Source of the DNA: Chloroflexota bacterium | Lineage (GTDB): Bacteria; Chloroflexota; Limnocylindria; Limnocylindrales; CSP1-4 | NCBI GenBank assembly: GCA_040007635.1 | Contig: JBDTUR010000001.1 | Coordinates: forward strand, 9,205 to 73,204 | Direction of reading: 5' to 3' | DNA length: 64,000 nt | Translations under genes and position numbers: made by a program | Shown here: positions 63,273-64,000 of the stretch, piece by piece | How the letters are laid out: every line of letters begins with the position of its first letter | How positions within the stretch are numbered: position 1 is the stretch's first letter | The notes under the pieces: generated by a model | What the model saw: the letters and a program-made list of their open reading frames with translations, nothing else | Databases searched by the model: none | Told to the model about the DNA's origin: nothing

Positions 63273-64000
63273 TGCGCATCCTGATGCTCTCAGACATGTA
63301 CCCGCCGTATATCGGTGGAGTGGAGCAGCACGTGCGCAACCTCAGCCGAGGCCTGACCCAGCGTGGTCATGCCGTGACAGTGGTTTCGATGCATCACCCG
63401 GAGCGCGCCGAGGTCGCGGACGAGGACGGGGTCCGCGTTCACCGTCTGCGCAGCACGGCATGGCGGGCCACCTCGCTGCTCGGCATGGGTGGTCGTCCCT
63501 ATTCCCCTCCCTTGCCGGATCCGGCGGTCATGCGGTCGCTGCGCCGCATCATCAAAGCCGATCGGCCAGAGATCATCCACGCCCATAACTGGATGGTGGA
63601 TTCGGTCGTGCCGCTGAAGGCTTGGAGCAAAGCAAGGTTGGTCTTGACGCTTCATGGCTACGACATGACCTGCGCGAAACGAAGCCTGATGTACTACTCC
63701 CGCGAATGCACGGGGCCGGGGTTTTCGAAGTGCCTCAGGTGCGCCGCTTCAAACTACGGTGCGGCCAAGGGGATGACGATCACTATCGGGAACTGGCTGA
63801 CGCGCGGCGGACGACGGTCGGCCGTTGACATGTTCCTCCCCGTTAGCCATGCGGTTGCGGTCGGCAATGATCTTGAACGCCTCCGCCTCCCATTTCAGGT
63901 CCTGCCCAACTTCGTACCCGACGACGTGGCACAGGCCAGCGCGCCGTCGGATTACGGGTCGCTGCTTCCGGAGGGGCCTTTCTGCCTGTTTGTCGGAGCG
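63272..64000 (+). CDS. Glycosyltransferase family 4. The 5' end is in the window; the 3' end runs off the right edge.
   Basis: My own translation gives MRILMLSDMYPPYIGGVEQHVRNLSRGLTQRGHAVTVVS... The ATG overlaps the previous stop (CTGATG). The ORF track does not list it because it runs off the window. Confidence 0.7.
   Translation, partial: MRILMLSDMYPPYIGGVEQHVRNLSRGLTQRGHAVTVVSMHHPERAEVADEDGVRVHRLRSTAWRATSLLGMGGRPYSPPLPDPAVMRSLRRIIKADRPEIIHAHNWMVDSVVPLKAWSKARLVLTLHGYDMTCAKRSLMYYSRECTGPGFSKCLRCAASNYGAAKGMTITIGNWLTRGGRRSAVDMFLPVSHAVAVGNDLERLRLPFQVLPNFVPDDVAQASAPSDYGSLLPEGPFCLFVGA

Noticed and set aside
1-64000. Searched by eye for tRNA/rRNA genes, integrases, transposases, phage or plasmid hallmark proteins and CRISPR arrays
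   Set aside because: None found. The rearrangement signals here (mosaic pseudogene, frameshift, decayed domain cassette) are not associated with any recognisable mobile-element gene.

Overview
The window is a 64-kb stretch of a very high-GC (about 68-72%) bacterial chromosome, with roughly 90% coding density and many 1-4 nt stop/start overlaps. I can only guess at the phylum from the sequence: Chloroflexota-like or Actinomycetota-like. I found no rRNA, tRNA, CRISPR array, integrase, transposase or plasmid/phage hallmark genes; the six-frame track contains many Arg/Pro-rich ORFs opposite real genes that I treat as high-GC shadow ORFs. I did not systematically scan intergenic regions for small RNAs.

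The window breaks into six blocks:
- 1-5.3 kb (minus strand): a sugar/sugar-acid-type catabolic operon. It encodes a DapA-family aldolase (truncated at the window edge), a LacI repressor, an aldehyde dehydrogenase, and a GMC oxidoreductase with a 'gluconate 2-dehydrogenase subunit 3'-like small subunit.
- 5.4-14.2 kb (minus): a tightly packed operon. It encodes an SDR, an FAD oxidoreductase, a phosphotriesterase-family hydrolase, a DUF2652(cyclase-like)+SRPBCC fusion protein, a 1247-aa UvrD-type helicase with a C-terminal Cas4/AddB-like Fe-S nuclease, and an HTH protein.
- 14.4-19.4 kb (minus): an 8-gene translationally coupled operon. A tandemly duplicated pair of small membrane-anchored Pro/Ala/Gly-rich proteins is followed by an ApbE flavin transferase, a ferric-reductase-like di-heme transmembrane protein, a ferredoxin and an FNR-type reductase. 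An OmpR/histidine-kinase two-component system is transcribed divergently from this operon. I interpret it as a candidate new transmembrane electron-transfer / flavinylation module.
- 21.8-37.2 kb: two class-I aminotransferases and a SpoIID/LytB-like protein, followed by a mosaic pseudogene built from fragments of three nearby genes. Next comes a frameshifted zinc-ribbon-adenylate-cyclase-AAA-TPR gene. The block also holds a beta-ureidopropionase-like nitrilase, a dihydropyrimidinase/hydantoinase, an LLM flavin oxidoreductase, a lipoprotein and two tandem zinc-ribbon membrane proteins.
- 37.3-57.6 kb (minus): a surface-protein supercluster. It contains giant secreted proteins of 1790, 1699 and 1028 aa, plus 732-aa and 312-aa proteins. 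They are built from signal peptides, a dockerin-like loop, right-handed beta-helix, PKD and Fn3 domains, and a purple-acid-phosphatase-like module. They also carry nine copies of an about 210-aa domain I cannot assign to a known family. Its recurring motifs are GWG.AD.GG.Y, FRVRV.K, AYRP[KR][LI] and PTTIR.K.WADG..EP..WQ[YF], and it ends in F.FDD[FY]. A decayed tenth copy lies just downstream of the 1790-aa gene, and an Wzx-type flippase sits inside the cluster.
- 57.8-64 kb: a complete GDP-D-glycero-alpha-D-manno-heptose pathway (HddA, GmhB, GmhA, HddC) interleaved with three GT4 glycosyltransferases. Its position next to the surface proteins suggests surface (glyco)protein or polysaccharide glycosylation.
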